From: Methanotrichaceae archaeon | GTDB taxonomy: Archaea > Halobacteriota > Methanosarcinia > Methanotrichales > Methanotrichaceae | Reading direction: 5' to 3' | Assembly: GCA_963813075.1 (NCBI GenBank) | Contig: CAWEXU010000009.1 | Location: forward strand, 1 to 64,000 | DNA: 64,000 nt | Shown here: piece after piece, positions 61,785 to 64,000 of the stretch | How the letters are laid out: each line of letters opens with the position of its first letter | Position numbering within the stretch: the first letter of the stretch is position 1 | Notes under the pieces: generated by a model | Databases searched by the model: none | Told to the model about the DNA's origin: nothing | The model's input: the letters and a program-made list of their open reading frames with translations, nothing else | Position numbers and translations under genes: made by a program

Positions 61785-62570
61785 ATGCCTTGCATACTGG
61801 TGAGCAACGATGATGGGGTTTATGCCGCCGGTCTCGAAGCCGCGGCAAAGAGCGTTCAGGGTCTCGGAGAGGTGACAGTTGTCGCACCCTCCGGACAGAA
61901 GAGCGGCGTCGGCAGATCGATCTCCGTCTTCGAGCCGCTTCGCTATGCCGAGGTGAACCTGAACGGCTTTCGGGCTTATGCGGTCACCGGAACGCCGGTG
62001 GATTCAGTCATCATCGGCATCTTCGCCATCCTCAAGAGAATGCCCGATCTGGTCGTCAGTGGAATCAATGTGGGCGAGAACATCAGCACCGATACCGTCA
62101 CCACCAGCGGGACCATAGGCGCAGCCCTGGAAGCGGCAAGCTACGGCATTCCCGCCATTGCCGCCTCCATTCAGGCCGTTGACCAGGGCGATAAGTTCGA
62201 TATGCATCATGGGGCCAAGCACAGCTTTGATGTGGCCACCTATTTTCTGCGCCGGGTGGCGAAAAGGGTCTTAGAGCACGGCCTTCCTGAAGGAGTGGAT
62301 CTCTTAAACCTGAATGTCCCTGCCGGTGCCAGCGAGGATACGGAGATAAAGGTGACCCGCCTGGCGAAAAAGATATTTAAAACGGCAGTGCAGGAGCGTT
62401 TCGACCCCCGTGGCCGGCCCTACTACTGGATTGATGGCGAATTGATATGCTGCGACGAGGAAGGGACTGACGTGCAGACCATCTATCAGGACAGGCTGGT
62501 GTCTCTGACCCCCCTCAGCCTGGATTCCACGGCCAGAATCGACCTGAAAGAGATAGAGTTGCTATTTTGA
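61785..62570 (+). CDS. surE: 5'/3'-nucleotidase SurE
   Basis: ILVSNDDG, GTPVD, DLVVSGINVGEN, SGTIGAA. Confidence 0.96.
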   Translation: MPCILVSNDDGVYAAGLEAAAKSVQGLGEVTVVAPSGQKSGVGRSISVFEPLRYAEVNLNGFRAYAVTGTPVDSVIIGIFAILKRMPDLVVSGINVGENISTDTVTTSGTIGAALEAASYGIPAIAASIQAVDQGDKFDMHHGAKHSFDVATYFLRRVAKRVLEHGLPEGVDLLNLNVPAGASEDTEIKVTRLAKKIFKTAVQERFDPRGRPYYWIDGELICCDEEGTDVQTIYQDRLVSLTPLSLDSTARIDLKEIELLF

Positions 62571-62614
62571 TCTCTATCTTGCCTTTAATCTGCACTCTTG
62601 CCTCTAATCTGCCC

Positions 62615-63181
62615 TCAAATCACTCCTTTGGTGCTGGGGATGCCCATTCCACCCAATGCCGCCGCCTGGCGCAGGGCCAGTCCCAGGGCCTTGAATATGC
62701 ACTCCATCTTATGGTGGTCGTTCTCCCCGTAGAAGCGGATATGAACTGTCAGCCCGGCGGCAGAGCATAAGGCCTCCAGGAAGGGGACAAGGTGCGCAAC
62801 CTCGAAGTCGCCGATCCTCTCCCCCCGAAACTCTCCAGTGATGACCAGATAGGGCCGGCCGCTGAAGTCCAGGGCAACGTCTGCTTTGGATTCGTCCATG
62901 GGAACCGAGGCCGAGCCGTAACGGCATATACCGCTCCTGTCCCCCAGGGCATCATCCAGGGCCAGGCCGATGGCCTCTCCCAAAGCCTGGGCTCTCCAGA
63001 AGCACTCATCCGCCTCCGCCACCAGGTCAATATTCGCCGTGCGGGCCAGGGAGACGAGCATGTGATCGAGAAATCCTGATCCAGAGGAAGCTTCCGCCCG
63101 GCCTGACCCGTCCAGGTTTATTTTTGCCTTGGCCCGGCAATCTCTGTACAATCCCGTTCCTTTTCCAGACCTTTTCGCCAT
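62615..63181 (-). CDS. hisB: Imidazoleglycerol-phosphate dehydratase
   Basis: FLDHML, PMDES, GENDHHKMECIFKALG, PSTKG. Confidence 0.9.
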   Translation of the reverse strand: MAKRSGKGTGLYRDCRAKAKINLDGSGRAEASSGSGFLDHMLVSLARTANIDLVAEADECFWRAQALGEAIGLALDDALGDRSGICRYGSASVPMDESKADVALDFSGRPYLVITGEFRGERIGDFEVAHLVPFLEALCSAAGLTVHIRFYGENDHHKMECIFKALGLALRQAAALGGMGIPSTKGVI

Positions 63182-63187
63182 TTGCCT

Positions 63188-63916
63188 TCACCTATCCCCA
63201 AGGGCTTGCAGGGTATCTGAGACGCTCAATTTTCCGGTGTAAATGGCAGTCCCGGCCACTGCTCCCGCCGCGCCCGTATCCCTCAGAGAGAGGACGTCCT
63301 CGATGGTGGTGACTCCACCGGCAGCGACAACCGGTATCCTGAGGCTGGCCACCAGCTCTTGCGTGGGCTGGATATCGATTCCTCTCTCCCTGCCTTCAAC
63401 ATCGATGTTCGTGAAGAGAATGGAGCCCGCCCCCTTTTCCTCAAACAGTTTTCCCAAATCAACTGCCCTCCTCCCGAGCGTCTTTTGCCAGCCCTCGGTG
63501 GTTACATCCCCCCGCTTCACATCCAGGGCCACCATAATTCTATCCCGGCCGTGCTCCTCTGCCAATAAGGCGACCATATCCGGATCCTTCAGGGCAGCAG
63601 TGCCCAGGATCACCCGGTCTACACCCAGGTCGAGGACCTCTCTTGCATCCTCTTCCGACCGGATGCCTCCCCCGACCTGGATATAGACGTCCTGCTCCTT
63701 TACGATCTGGGCCAGTATGGGGGCGTTCACCCTCTTGCCCTGGATCGCCCCATCCAGGTCGATGATGTGCAAGTGGTCGGCGCCTTCACCGATCCAGCGC
63801 TCCGCCTGAGCCAGGGGATTGTCCAGGGCCACGACCTCTGTTCCCGGTACTCCCCCCACCAGCTGCACGCATTTGCCGCCTCGCAGGTCCACTGCGGGAA
63901 AGAATGCAAACCTCAT
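63188..63916 (-). CDS. hisA: ProFAR isomerase
   Basis: PAVDLRGGKCVQLVGG, LHIIDLDGA, QVGGGIRS, VILGTAA. Confidence 0.95.
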   Translation of the reverse strand: MRFAFFPAVDLRGGKCVQLVGGVPGTEVVALDNPLAQAERWIGEGADHLHIIDLDGAIQGKRVNAPILAQIVKEQDVYIQVGGGIRSEEDAREVLDLGVDRVILGTAALKDPDMVALLAEEHGRDRIMVALDVKRGDVTTEGWQKTLGRRAVDLGKLFEEKGAGSILFTNIDVEGRERGIDIQPTQELVASLRIPVVAAGGVTTIEDVLSLRDTGAAGAVAGTAIYTGKLSVSDTLQALGDR

Positions 63917-64000
63917 AAAAGGCCAATTGGCATCAAATAGACCTTAACCGTTTCGATGGTGAAAAAAAAGGGAGATCTCAATTGATCTCAATGGATTCTC

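Overview
Chromosomal window from a methanogenic archaeon, most consistent with Methanothrix/Methanotrichaceae (inferred from gene content). Core content: rqc2, cimA-ilvB-ilvN-ilvC, rlmH, the atwA + methanogenesis marker 3/6/5/15/17/7 cluster, an M50 protease, aIF1A-rio1-KH, uppS, surE, hisB, hisA, tRNA-Val(CAC) and an intron-containing tRNA-Arg(GCG). Accessory content: two IS200/IS605 elements whose ends and empty sites can be rebuilt (a tnpB-only element in the last codons of rqc2; a tnpA-tnpB element in a DUF1829 remnant), a 157-bp MITE-like element, a large Ig/cadherin-repeat surface protein, a multi-PAS sensor with a degenerate kinase core, a telA/vWA operon and many secreted proteins. Most notable: an Hfq-type Sm protein, a probable CTG start for aIF1A, a 23-bp-periodic motif array upstream of the atwA operon, and the His-less kinase. 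About 20 single-base frameshifts fall in accessory genes and may be assembly errors. No CRISPR array was seen. All calls rest on motif recognition; no database search was run.
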